Shown here: positions 1 to 9,768 of the stretch, in pieces | Position numbering within the stretch: position 1 is the first letter of the stretch | Layout: every line of letters starts with the position of its first letter | NCBI GenBank assembly: GCA_902462295.1 | Contig: CABQAZ010000005.1 | Span: 18,284-82,283, forward strand | Direction of reading: 5' to 3' | Origin: an uncultured Clostridium sp. | GTDB lineage: Bacteria; Bacillota; Clostridia; TANB77; CAG-508 | Length of the DNA stretch: 64,000 nucleotides | The notes under the pieces: generated by a model | Seen by the model: only the letters and a program-made list of their open reading frames with translations | Databases searched by the model: none | What the model was told of the DNA's origin: nothing | Position numbers and translations under genes: made by a program

Positions 1-1022
1 ATTTAAATAATGAAAAACAAATAAAAAAATATGTGATAAATAATTATAATCTAAAAGAAAAATATAATATTGATTTTTCAGAGGTTAAAGGTCAAGAAAA
101 TGTGAAAAGAGCATTAGAAGTAACTGCAGCAGGAGGTCATAATTGTATTATGATAGGAAGCCCAGGTTCTGGAAAAACAATGATGGCAAAAAGATTAGTT
201 ACAATTTTACCAGAATTAACATTAGAAGAAAAAATGGAAATTACTAAGATACATAGTATTTCTGGAGAACTAAGAAAAGATGGACTAGTAACTAATCGAC
301 CATTTAGAATGCCACATCATACTGTTCCAATAGGAACTATGATAGGAGGAGGAAGAATACCACAGCCTGGAGAAATAAGTTTAGCACATTATGGAGTGTT
401 ATTTTTAGATGAGTTGACAGAATTTAATAGAAATATTTTGGAATCATTAAGAGAGCCATTAGAAAATAGAGAAATAATAATAAACCGATTAAGTGGAAAT
501 TATCGATATCCATGTAATTTTATGTTTGTTGCAAGTATGAATCCGTGTCCATGTGGGTATTATGGTGATGAAGAAAAGGAATGCAAATGTACACAACAAG
601 AAATACATAGATATTTAAGAAAGATAAGTGGTCCATTACTGGATAGAATAGATATACAAATACAAGTTAAAAGACCTAAATATGAAAAAGTTAGTTCTAG
701 AGAAAGAGTAGAAAATTCAGATGAAATACGTAGGAGAGTTAATAAAGCAAGGAAAATACAATTAGAAAGATACAAAAATTATGAAATTTATTCAAATGCA
801 GAACTTACAACAAAAATGGTAGCTGAATTTTGTAAGTTAGACATTAAAAGCGAACAATTATTAGAAAATGCATTCAAAAAATTCAAATTAAGTGTTAGAG
901 CATATGAAAGGATTTTAAAAGTTGCAAGAACAATAGCAGATTTAGATGGAAAGGTTGATATAGAATTTATGCACATTGCAGAAGCAATTCAATTTAGAGG
1001 TCTAGATAAAATTATAAATTGA
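1..1022 (+). CDS. comM: ComM/YifB-family Mg-chelatase-like AAA+ ATPase, 5'-partial (reading frame open back to window start)
   Basis: Walker A GSPGSGKTMMAKRL, ...LFLDELTEF... Walker B/sensor region, C-terminal ComM-type region; in-frame codons from nt 3 without stop, so N-terminal Lon-like domain lies upstream of window. Confidence 0.8.
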   Translation, partial: LNNEKQIKKYVINNYNLKEKYNIDFSEVKGQENVKRALEVTAAGGHNCIMIGSPGSGKTMMAKRLVTILPELTLEEKMEITKIHSISGELRKDGLVTNRPFRMPHHTVPIGTMIGGGRIPQPGEISLAHYGVLFLDELTEFNRNILESLREPLENREIIINRLSGNYRYPCNFMFVASMNPCPCGYYGDEEKECKCTQQEIHRYLRKISGPLLDRIDIQIQVKRPKYEKVSSRERVENSDEIRRRVNKARKIQLERYKNYEIYSNAELTTKMVAEFCKLDIKSEQLLENAFKKFKLSVRAYERILKVARTIADLDGKVDIEFMHIAEAIQFRGLDKIIN

Positions 1023-1044
1023 TGATATAGGAGGTGATAAAAAG

Positions 1045-1938
1045 ATGAGACCAATTATAATTGAGTATGCAAGTAAATTATATCCTGAAATATTAAGAAA
1101 TATAAAAAATCCACCATCAAGATTATATGCATTAGGAAATATAGAAATTTTAAATAAACATGGTATTGCTGTTGTAGGTTCTCGTACAAATACACAATAT
1201 GGTGAAAAAATGTGCAAAATGTTTGTGAAAAATTTAGTAGATTATAATATAAATATTATAAGTGGATTAGCATTTGGAATAGACAGTATTGCACATTCAA
1301 CATGTGTTAAGAATTTAGGAAATACTATTGCTGTTTTACCATCTGGATTGGAAAACATTTGTAAGGTTACAAATAAAACATTGATAAATGATATCATTAA
1401 TAATAATGGTGTTATTATATCAGAATATGAAAATTCGGTAATGGCAAATTCTAAAAAATTTCTTGAAAGAAATAGAATTGTTGCAGGATTAGGATTAGGA
1501 ACATTAGTGGTAGAAGCGGGATATAGAAGTGGAACAAGTGTTACTGCAAGATATACTCATCAAAATAAAAAGCCTGTATTTTGTATACCAAGTAGTTTAG
1601 AAAATAATAAAGGAAGAACTACAAATATTCTTATTCAACAAGGAGCAAAATTGGTCACTTCTGCAGATGATATAATAAAAGAAATTTATAAAAATAATCC
1701 GAAAATTCATTTAGTAAAAAAAGAAAGAAAAGTAAAAGACAATAGACTTAATATTTCTCCAGAATTATTAAAAATATATAATGAAATAAATGATATTCCA
1801 AAAGATATTAATCAGATAGCCAAAAGAGTCAAAAGTTCAATTAGTGAAGTGAATTATAAAATTATGATATTACAATTAGAAGATAGAATAATAGAATTGC
1901 CAGGACAAAGGTTTATTAGAAACAATAATAGTGATTAG
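1045..1938 (+). CDS. dprA: DNA processing protein DprA (Smf)
   Basis: Rossmann-like DprA core (GIAVVGSRTNTQYGE..., LPSGLEN..., AGLGLGTLVVEAGYRSGT), good RBS GGAGGTG 8 nt upstream; classical comM-dprA adjacency. Confidence 0.85.
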   Translation: MRPIIIEYASKLYPEILRNIKNPPSRLYALGNIEILNKHGIAVVGSRTNTQYGEKMCKMFVKNLVDYNINIISGLAFGIDSIAHSTCVKNLGNTIAVLPSGLENICKVTNKTLINDIINNNGVIISEYENSVMANSKKFLERNRIVAGLGLGTLVVEAGYRSGTSVTARYTHQNKKPVFCIPSSLENNKGRTTNILIQQGAKLVTSADDIIKEIYKNNPKIHLVKKERKVKDNRLNISPELLKIYNEINDIPKDINQIAKRVKSSISEVNYKIMILQLEDRIIELPGQRFIRNNNSD

Positions 1939-1958
1939 ATAAAGGAAGGAAAAAAAGA

Positions 1959-2309
1959 ATGAATAAAAGAAAATTTGGTATAATAGGTGAAAAGATTGCT
2001 AAAGGTTATTTAGAAAATAAAGGATATGAAATATTAAAAACTAATTTTTATACAAAAGTAGGAGAAATAGATATAATATCAAAAAAGGATAATAGTATTA
2101 TATTTTTTGAGGTAAAAACCAGAAGTGATTTAAAATATGGTACTCCAGCTATGTCTGTTAATAAGGTAAAAAAGAAACATATAAAAAATGTTGCAAAAAT
2201 TTATATTCATACTAATAAACTATATAAATATGATATCAGATTTGATGTAATTGAAATTATTATAAAAAATGGAAAATGCAAGATTAATCATATTGAGAAG
2301 ATTATGTAA
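1959..2309 (+). CDS. yraN: YraN/UPF0102 family endonuclease
   Basis: 116 aa, motif GE(I)DII...FFEVKTR typical of YraN family. Confidence 0.7.
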   Translation: MNKRKFGIIGEKIAKGYLENKGYEILKTNFYTKVGEIDIISKKDNSIIFFEVKTRSDLKYGTPAMSVNKVKKKHIKNVAKIYIHTNKLYKYDIRFDVIEIIIKNGKCKINHIEKIM

Positions 2310-2314
2310 AACCT

Positions 2315-2343
2315 TGACAAAAATCCCGAAAATTATATATAAT
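2315..2343 (+). promoter_or_regulatory. sigma-A-like promoter (TTGACA-17-TATAAT) upstream of rsmA
   Basis: TTGACA at 2315-2320, 17-nt spacer, TATAAT at 2338-2343. Confidence 0.4.
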
Positions 2344-2418
2344 GAACAAGTAAAAAGAGATTATTGTTTATAGGTAGAACATCATAAAAACCTAAATAAA
2401 ATATTAAGGAAGCTATAA

Positions 2419-3276
2419 ATGAATATATTAGAAGAAACGAAAAGCATAATGAAAAAGTATAATATAAGAGCAAATAAGAGTTTAGGACAAAATTTTTTAA
2501 TTAATAATGAAGTTGTTGAAAATATAGTAAGTAGCAGTGAACTAACAAAAGAAGACATGGTAATAGAAATAGGACCAGGGTTAGGAACTTTAACTAAATA
2601 TTTATTAAAAGAAGCTGGAAAAGTTTTATGCATAGAATTAGATAATAAAATGATAGGAATTTTAGAAGAAAGATTTTCTGAATATGATAATTTTGAAATA
2701 ATAAATGCAGATGTATTAAAAGTAAATCTTAATGAAATTATAAATGAAAACAAAAAATCAGAAAATATAAAAAAAGTAAAGATAGTAGCAAATTTGCCAT
2801 ATTATATAACAACACCAATAATAATGAAATTACTTGAAGAAAAACTTGACATTGAAAGTATAACAGTAATGATACAAAAAGAAGTAGCTGATAGATTAAT
2901 AGAAACACCTGGTGGAAAAAATACAGGTGCAATAACATATACAGTATACTATTATTGTAATTCTGAAAAGATAATGGAAGTACCAAATAGTTCATTCATA
3001 CCAGAACCAGAAGTAACTTCTGAAGTAATAAAAATGAATTTGCGTACTGAGCCAGTTGTAAAAATAGAAAATCCAGAAGTAATGTTCAATATTATAAAGT
3101 GTGCATACATGCAGAGAAGAAAAACATTATTAAATTCTTTAACAAATGCTAAAATATTTGCCAATAAAGATGATGGAATAAAAATATTAAAAGAACTAAA
3201 TTTGAATGAAAATATTAGAGCTGAAAAGTTGTCAATTCAAGATTTTGCTAATATTACAAAATTGATAAATAAATAA
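2419..3276 (+). CDS. rsmA: 16S rRNA (adenine1518/1519-N6)-dimethyltransferase RsmA/KsgA
   Basis: N-terminal SLGQNFLI motif, SAM-binding EIGPGLGTLT, NLPY motif. Confidence 0.9.
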   Translation: MNILEETKSIMKKYNIRANKSLGQNFLINNEVVENIVSSSELTKEDMVIEIGPGLGTLTKYLLKEAGKVLCIELDNKMIGILEERFSEYDNFEIINADVLKVNLNEIINENKKSENIKKVKIVANLPYYITTPIIMKLLEEKLDIESITVMIQKEVADRLIETPGGKNTGAITYTVYYYCNSEKIMEVPNSSFIPEPEVTSEVIKMNLRTEPVVKIENPEVMFNIIKCAYMQRRKTLLNSLTNAKIFANKDDGIKILKELNLNENIRAEKLSIQDFANITKLINK

Positions 3277-3331
3277 TTGCACATTTGAAAATGGGTATTT
3301 TATGTGCTAAGTGAGAAAGGAATAGAATAAA

Positions 3332-4270
3332 ATGAAAATAGTATTTATGGGAACGCCAGACTTTGCCAAAGAATCATTAGAAGCAGTATATAATGCAAAA
3401 CAAGAAGTATTAGCAGTTGTAACAAATCCAGATAGACCAAAGGGAAGAGGAATGAAATTAGTTGCATCACCTGTAAAAGAATTTGCGATTGAAAAAGATT
3501 TAAAAATATATCAACCAGAAAAAATAAAGAAAAATGAAGAATTTATAGAAGAAATAAAAAAATTAAAACCTGATGTTATATGTGTTGTAGCATATGGAAA
3601 AATATTACCAAAAGAAATATTAGAAATTCCTAGATTAGGATGTGTTAATGTTCATGGTTCATTGCTTCCAAAATATAGAGGAGCAGCACCAATACAATGG
3701 TCTGTTTTAAATGGTGATAAGACAACAGGAGTAACTACAATGTATATGGATATAGGGATGGATACAGGTGATATGATTTTAAAAGAAGAAATTGAAATAG
3801 GAGAAGATGAAACAACAGGAGAACTTTGGGATAGATTAGCAAAAATAGGTGCTAATCTATTAGTTGAAACTTTAAATCAAATTGAAAATGGAACTGCACC
3901 AAGAATCCCACAAGGAGAAGAATTTTCTATAGCTCCAATGTTAGATAAAGAAATGTCAAAAATAGACTGGAAAAATAAAAGTGCAAAAGAAATAAAAAAT
4001 TTAGTAAGAGGATTAAATCCAATAATGGGAACATACTCATATTTAGATGGCAAAAAAATTAAAATTTGGAAAGTAGATGTTTTTCCAGATAATGATTATG
4101 ATGTTGAAAAAGGAACAGTTATAAAATCAGATAGTAAAGATGGATTATATATTAAAGCTAAAGATGGGATTATAAAGGTTATAGAAATTCAAGGTGAAAA
4201 TTCTAAAAAAATGCCTATACAAGATTTTTTAAGAGGAAATAAAATTGAAGAGGGCATGATATTTAAATAA
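3332..4270 (+). CDS. fmt: methionyl-tRNA formyltransferase
   Basis: MKIVFMGTPDFA N-terminus, NVHGSLLPKYRGAAPIQW formyltransferase motif. Confidence 0.9.
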   Translation: MKIVFMGTPDFAKESLEAVYNAKQEVLAVVTNPDRPKGRGMKLVASPVKEFAIEKDLKIYQPEKIKKNEEFIEEIKKLKPDVICVVAYGKILPKEILEIPRLGCVNVHGSLLPKYRGAAPIQWSVLNGDKTTGVTTMYMDIGMDTGDMILKEEIEIGEDETTGELWDRLAKIGANLLVETLNQIENGTAPRIPQGEEFSIAPMLDKEMSKIDWKNKSAKEIKNLVRGLNPIMGTYSYLDGKKIKIWKVDVFPDNDYDVEKGTVIKSDSKDGLYIKAKDGIIKVIEIQGENSKKMPIQDFLRGNKIEEGMIFK

Positions 4271-4300
4271 AAATGAATAAAAAAACTAAATTAGTACATA

Positions 4301-4762
4301 ATGGATATGAAAGAGAGGTACATTATGGAAGAAATAGTTAAATGTTTGAACGAATTTCTAAGTGATTTAGAAATATTTAATGTCAAATTACAAAATTATC
4401 ATTGGAATGTAACAGGAAAAGGATTTTTTGTAACACACGAGAAATTGGAAGAATATTATGATGAAATAAGAGAACAAATTGATGAAATTGCAGAACATAT
4501 TTTATCATTAGGTCATCAACCATTTGGAACAATGAAAGATTTTATGAGTAATTCAGAAATTCAAGAAGCTCAGAATGAGAAAATAAAAAGCTTAGAAATA
4601 ATAAAAGTTTTAATACAGGATATACAAATATTGGATAAAAAAGCACATCAAATAAAACAAGAAGCGGAAAAAAATTCATGTTATTCAACATCATCGATGA
4701 TTGATAATTATTTGAGTAATTATACAAAAAAATTATGGATGTTAAATGAAATGCTTAAATAA
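4301..4762 (+). CDS. dps: Dps-family ferritin-like DNA-protection protein
   Basis: NYHWNVTGKGFF...HE..EE...DE.AE pattern of Dps ferroxidase site. Confidence 0.7.
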   Translation: MDMKERYIMEEIVKCLNEFLSDLEIFNVKLQNYHWNVTGKGFFVTHEKLEEYYDEIREQIDEIAEHILSLGHQPFGTMKDFMSNSEIQEAQNEKIKSLEIIKVLIQDIQILDKKAHQIKQEAEKNSCYSTSSMIDNYLSNYTKKLWMLNEMLK

Positions 4763-4775
4763 ATCATAAAAAATA

Positions 4776-4812
4776 AAATCACTTAATAAATATAATTAAG
4801 TGATTTTTTTCT
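4776..4812 (+). terminator. rho-independent terminator after dps
   Basis: AAATCACTTAAT...ATTAAGTGATTT stem followed by T-run. Confidence 0.6.
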
Positions 4813-4877
4813 TTTTATACTATACAAAAAAGAAAATTAGTTATATAATATAAACGATTATAAAAAAGGAGGACAAT

Positions 4878-6341
4878 ATGGAATTAAAAAAGATTTTAGT
4901 AGGAATAGAAGATTTAAAAGCAAAGGGAAATTTAGACTTAGATATAAAGGGAATAGACAGTAATTCAAAAAAAATAAAACCAGGATATATGTTTGTAGCA
5001 ATAAAAGGATTTAGTACAGATGGTCATAAATATATAAATGACGCAATAGAATCAGGAGCAACAGTTATAGTTGTACAAGAGGGATGTGATTTAAAATCAA
5101 TAAAATTATCAACTGATGTAACAGTAATAATGACAAAAGACACAAGAAAAGCATTAGCAATTTTCAGTTGTAATTTTTATGGAAATCCATCAAAAAAATT
5201 AAAATTAATAGGAGTAACAGGAACAAAAGGAAAAACTACAACAACTTTTATGATAAAAGAAATATTAGAAAAAGCAGGTCATAAAGTAGGATTAATAGGG
5301 ACAATAGCAACATATATAAATGGAAATATGATTTCAGAAAGTAGTAGAACAACACCTGAAAGCACAGAATTACAAAGAACTTTTGCACAAATGGTAGAAG
5401 CAGGAGTAGAATATGCAATAATGGAAGTATCATCACAAAGTTTGAAATTACATAGAGTAGATGGATGTGAATTTGATATAGTAGTATTTACAAACTTTTC
5501 AGAAGATCATATCAGTGAAAAGGAACATCCAGACATGCAAGACTATTTTGAATCGAAACTAAAATTATTTAAAATGTGTGATAATGGTATAGTTAATGTA
5601 GATGATATACAAGTTTCTAAAGTACCAAAAATGTTTCCAGAAAGTAAAATAATGACATATGGAATAGATAATTTTTGTGAAGTATTAGCAAAAGATATTA
5701 CAATAACAAATTCATATGTAGATTTTAGAGTAAAAATATCTGATAGAAATGAAAGAGTAAAAGTTGATATACCAGGAAGATTTAGCGTATATAATGCTTT
5801 AGCTGCAATATGTGTAGCTAAAAAATTAGGAATATCATCAGATAAAGTAATAGAAGCATTAGCAGAAATAAAGGTTCCTGGAAGATCTGAAATGGTTCCA
5901 AATAAAAAAGAAATTCCAATAATGATAGATTATGCACATTCACCAGAAAGTTTGCAAAATATATTATCAGCAGTAAAAAGTTATACAAGAGGAAAAGTAA
6001 TTTCTGTATTTGGATGTGGAGGAGATAGAGATAAGGCTAAAAGACCTATAATGGGTGAAATTTCTGGAAGAATAGCAGATTTTACATTTATAACATCAGA
6101 TAATCCACGTACAGAAAATCCAGAAGAAATAGTAAAAGAAATTGAAGAAGGAATTAAGAAGACTAAAGGAAATTATAAAGTAGTAGTTGACAGAACAGAA
6201 GCAATAAAAGAAGCCATAAAAATGGCAACAAAATTAGATATTATTGTTCTTGCTGGAAAAGGGCATGAACCATATCAAGAAATAAATGGAGAAAAATTCC
6301 CATATGATGAAAGAATTATAGTAAAAGAAATTATAGGATAA
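4878..6341 (+). CDS. murE: UDP-N-acetylmuramoyl-L-alanyl-D-glutamate--2,6-diaminopimelate ligase MurE
   Basis: GVTGTKGKTTTT P-loop, Mur ligase middle/C domains, DNPR motif (consistent with meso-DAP-adding type). Confidence 0.9.
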   Translation: MELKKILVGIEDLKAKGNLDLDIKGIDSNSKKIKPGYMFVAIKGFSTDGHKYINDAIESGATVIVVQEGCDLKSIKLSTDVTVIMTKDTRKALAIFSCNFYGNPSKKLKLIGVTGTKGKTTTTFMIKEILEKAGHKVGLIGTIATYINGNMISESSRTTPESTELQRTFAQMVEAGVEYAIMEVSSQSLKLHRVDGCEFDIVVFTNFSEDHISEKEHPDMQDYFESKLKLFKMCDNGIVNVDDIQVSKVPKMFPESKIMTYGIDNFCEVLAKDITITNSYVDFRVKISDRNERVKVDIPGRFSVYNALAAICVAKKLGISSDKVIEALAEIKVPGRSEMVPNKKEIPIMIDYAHSPESLQNILSAVKSYTRGKVISVFGCGGDRDKAKRPIMGEISGRIADFTFITSDNPRTENPEEIVKEIEEGIKKTKGNYKVVVDRTEAIKEAIKMATKLDIIVLAGKGHEPYQEINGEKFPYDERIIVKEIIG

Positions 6342-6349
6342 ATTGAAAG

Positions 6350-6376
6350 AAAATTGGTGAAAACCAATTCTTTTTC
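6350..6376 (+). terminator. hairpin + T-run between murE and mraY (terminator/attenuator)
   Basis: AATTGGT-GAAA-ACCAATT then CTTTTTC. Confidence 0.4.
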
Positions 6377-6408
6377 AAGTAATAATACAAAAGTAAACAT
6401 AGGAAAGG

Positions 6409-7395
6409 TTGATAAAATTGGAATTTCAAACAAGAATATTGTTGTTATCATTTGCGATAACAATAGTTTTAGGTATGATAATAGTACCAATATTAAGGAA
6501 ACTTAAAGTAGGGCAAATAGAAAGAGATGATGGACCAGAAAGTCATTTAAAAAAGCAAGGAACACCAACAATGGGTGGAATAATAATAATGTTAGGAATT
6601 GTAATTGTAACAATAGCTACATATATCTATTATGCACCAAAAGATGCAGAATTAGCCAAAAACTTATTGCCAATATTAGGATTAACGATAGGATTTGGAA
6701 TTATAGGTTTTATAGATGATTTTAAAAAATTAGTATTAAAAAATACAAAAGGATTAAAACCTAGTTTAAAGATGTTAGGACTATTAATAATATCAGTTGT
6801 ATATGTTATGTATTTAGTAAAAGGATTAGATATAGGTACAAACACGTATATGCCTATATTGAGAGAATATATAAATATACCAGTTTATGCATATATACCA
6901 TTTTCAATATTAGTAATACTTGCAACAACAAATGCAGTAAACTTAACAGATGGAATTGATGGATTATCATCAAGTGTATGTACAATAATTATTACATGTT
7001 TAACAATTATTGCAACAATGTTTGAAGTAAAAGAAATAGTAGTATTTGGTGCAATAGTTATTGGAGCTGTTTTAGGATTTTTAATGTTTAATATACATCC
7101 AGCAAAAGTTTTTATGGGAGATACAGGCTCATTATTTTTAGGAGGAGTAATATCAGGAATAGCATTATACTTAAAAATGCCACTTATATTATTAGTAATA
7201 GCTATAATACCTGTAATAGAAACAATTTCAGTAATAATACAAGTAACTTATTTTAAAATGACAGGAAAAAGAGTATTTAAAATGGCACCAATTCATCATC
7301 ATTTTGAATTATCAGGATGGAGAGAAAATCAAGTTGTAATGTTATTCAGTGTTATAACTTTGGTGGTAAGTGTTATAGGACTAAAGATAGTATAG
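6409..7395 (+). CDS. mraY: phospho-N-acetylmuramoyl-pentapeptide transferase MraY (start may be TTG at 6409 or 6418)
   Basis: multi-TM protein with MraY motifs (NLTDGIDGL, MGDTGSL, HHHFEL). Confidence 0.9.
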   Translation: MIKLEFQTRILLLSFAITIVLGMIIVPILRKLKVGQIERDDGPESHLKKQGTPTMGGIIIMLGIVIVTIATYIYYAPKDAELAKNLLPILGLTIGFGIIGFIDDFKKLVLKNTKGLKPSLKMLGLLIISVVYVMYLVKGLDIGTNTYMPILREYINIPVYAYIPFSILVILATTNAVNLTDGIDGLSSSVCTIIITCLTIIATMFEVKEIVVFGAIVIGAVLGFLMFNIHPAKVFMGDTGSLFLGGVISGIALYLKMPLILLVIAIIPVIETISVIIQVTYFKMTGKRVFKMAPIHHHFELSGWRENQVVMLFSVITLVVSVIGLKIV

Positions 7396-7416
7396 TAAGG
7401 AAGGAATGAAATCAAA

Positions 7417-8577
7417 ATGGCAAAGAAAAAAAATAAAATGGCTGGATTTTCTAGCTTTTTGAATAATCCTGTTGATTTTACATTAGTAATAACAGTTCTA
7501 TTGCTACTGTCATTAGGATTGATTATGGTATTATCAGCAAGTTCACCAACTTCATTACAAAAATATGATAATAGTTATTATTTTTTTATAAGACAATTAA
7601 TATTTGCAGTACTTGGAATAATTGGAATGTACTTTGTATCTAGAATAGATTATAGAATTTATCAAAAGTTTTATAAACAAGCTTGGTTGATATCAGCATT
7701 TTTATTAGCTATAGTATTAGTTTTAGGAAGTGATAGTCATGGTGCTAAAAGGTGGATAGATTTAAAAATAATAACATTTCAACCTTCTGAAATTGTAAAA
7801 TTTTTAATGATAATATTTTATGGTGGAATACTTGTAAAAAATAGAAATGATTTAGGAATGTTTTGGAAAGGGCTAGTAAAACATGTATTGTATTTAGTGC
7901 CAATTATAGGATTATTGGTATTAGAACCACATGTAAGTACATCAATGGTAATAATATTTACTTGTTGTATTATGATGATTATGGCAGGATGTAAATTTTG
8001 GCAATTTCTATTATCAGGAATAATTGCTGGAGGCGGAATAGGAACTATAGCGACAGTATTATATTTTATAAGTGACAAATTTCAGGAAAAATTTCAATAC
8101 ATAGTTAGAAGAGTAATTACTTTTACAAATCCTTGGCAAGATGCTACAGGAGATGGATGGCAAGTAATACAAAGTTTATATGCTATAGGTTCAGGAGGAC
8201 TATTTGGAACAGGGCTAGGAGATAGTAAACAAAAATATTTATATTTATCAGAACCACATAATGATTTTATATTTTCTGTTTTAGCAGAAGAACTAGGATT
8301 TGTTGGATGTATTCTTGTTTTTGTATTATTTGCAGTGTTTATTTGGAGAGGTGTTTTGATTGCAATGAAAGCACCAGATATGTTTGGAAGTTTAGTTGCA
8401 GTTGGAATTACATCATTAGTTGGTGTTCAAGTTATTATAAATGTTGCAGTTGTTACATCCTCAATGCCTGTAACAGGAATGCAATTACCATTCTTTAGTT
8501 ATGGAGGTACAGCTTTGTTTTTATTACTCTGTGAGGTTGGAGTTTTGCTTAGCATATCTAGAGCTGGTAACAAATAA
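7417..8577 (+). CDS. ftsW: SEDS-family peptidoglycan glycosyltransferase FtsW/SpoVE
   Basis: 10-TM FtsW/RodA/SpoVE family signature (...PSEIVKF..., SEPHNDFIFSV, LPFFSYGGT); located between mraY and murG as spoVE/ftsW usually is. Confidence 0.8.
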   Translation: MAKKKNKMAGFSSFLNNPVDFTLVITVLLLLSLGLIMVLSASSPTSLQKYDNSYYFFIRQLIFAVLGIIGMYFVSRIDYRIYQKFYKQAWLISAFLLAIVLVLGSDSHGAKRWIDLKIITFQPSEIVKFLMIIFYGGILVKNRNDLGMFWKGLVKHVLYLVPIIGLLVLEPHVSTSMVIIFTCCIMMIMAGCKFWQFLLSGIIAGGGIGTIATVLYFISDKFQEKFQYIVRRVITFTNPWQDATGDGWQVIQSLYAIGSGGLFGTGLGDSKQKYLYLSEPHNDFIFSVLAEELGFVGCILVFVLFAVFIWRGVLIAMKAPDMFGSLVAVGITSLVGVQVIINVAVVTSSMPVTGMQLPFFSYGGTALFLLLCEVGVLLSISRAGNK

Positions 8578-8632
8578 TATAAAAAATCAACAAAGTAAAA
8601 TAAGGGCTTAAAGTGCTCAAATGGAGGTCAAA

Positions 8633-9748
8633 ATGAAAGTTATAGTTGCAGCAGCAGGAACTGCAGGACATATAAATCCGGGATTAGCAATAGCAAATAA
8701 AATAAAAGAAGAAGAACCAAATTCTGAAATAATGTTTATAGGAACTACAAGGGGACTAGAAAATGATTTAGTACCTAGAGCAGGATATAGTTTAAAAACA
8801 ATAGATGCATATGGATTAAGCAAACAAATATCAATAGAAAGTTTAAAAAAAATATGTGCTACTTTAAAAGCAACAGGAAAAGCAAGAAAAATAATTCAGG
8901 AATTTAAGCCAGATATAATAGTTGGAGCTGGAGGATATATATGTGGACCTGTAGTATGGGCAGGAAGTAAAGAAAAGATTCCTATAGTTTTACATGAAAG
9001 TAATGCATTTCCAGGGAAAGCTGTAAAGGTATTAGCAAAAAAAGCAGATACAGTTTTGATATCGTTTGAAGAAGCACGTTCAAGAATTCCAAATGCAAAA
9101 AATATAGTATTTACAGGGACACCTGTAAAAATAGAAAAAAAGGAATATACAAAAGAGCAAAAAGACAAAATATTAAAAGAGATTGGAGTACAAGGAAATA
9201 TGCCAATCGTTCTAATATTTGGAGGAAGTCAAGGTGCACAAAAAATAAATGAAGCAATAATAGGAATATTAGAAAATGAAATGAATAAGAAATATCAGAT
9301 AATTTGGGCGACTGGTCCAAAACAATTTGATAATATAAAACAAGAACTAGCAAGTAAAAATATAAATATAGATAATGTAAAAAATGCAAAGATTCTTCCA
9401 TATATATATAATATGGAGGAAATAATGAATATATCAAATATAATTGTTGCAAGAAGTGGAGCAATGACAATAACAGAAATTTCTAATTTAGGAAAGCCAT
9501 CAATACTAATACCACTTCCAAATGTAAGTCAAAATCATCAATTATATAATGCAAAAGTTTTGGAAAATGTTGGTGCATCAAAAATAATATTAAATGATGA
9601 TTTGAAAAAAGAAAATTTAGAGTATGAATTAGAAAAAATAATAGAAAATCCAGAACTAATGCACAAAATGGAAGAAAAAGCATATTCTAAATCAGTAAAA
9701 AATGTACAAGAAAAAATATATAGAGAAATAAAGAAATTAGTAAGGTAA
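8633..9748 (+). CDS. murG: undecaprenyldiphospho-muramoylpentapeptide beta-N-acetylglucosaminyltransferase MurG (start at ATG 8633; the ATG at 8621 overlaps the RBS)
   Basis: MKVIVAAAGTAGHINPGLAIA N-terminus, GGSQGA motif; GGAGG 6 nt upstream of 8633. Confidence 0.9.
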   Translation: MKVIVAAAGTAGHINPGLAIANKIKEEEPNSEIMFIGTTRGLENDLVPRAGYSLKTIDAYGLSKQISIESLKKICATLKATGKARKIIQEFKPDIIVGAGGYICGPVVWAGSKEKIPIVLHESNAFPGKAVKVLAKKADTVLISFEEARSRIPNAKNIVFTGTPVKIEKKEYTKEQKDKILKEIGVQGNMPIVLIFGGSQGAQKINEAIIGILENEMNKKYQIIWATGPKQFDNIKQELASKNINIDNVKNAKILPYIYNMEEIMNISNIIVARSGAMTITEISNLGKPSILIPLPNVSQNHQLYNAKVLENVGASKIILNDDLKKENLEYELEKIIENPELMHKMEEKAYSKSVKNVQEKIYREIKKLVR

Positions 9749-9768
9749 TACCTTAGAAAGGATACATC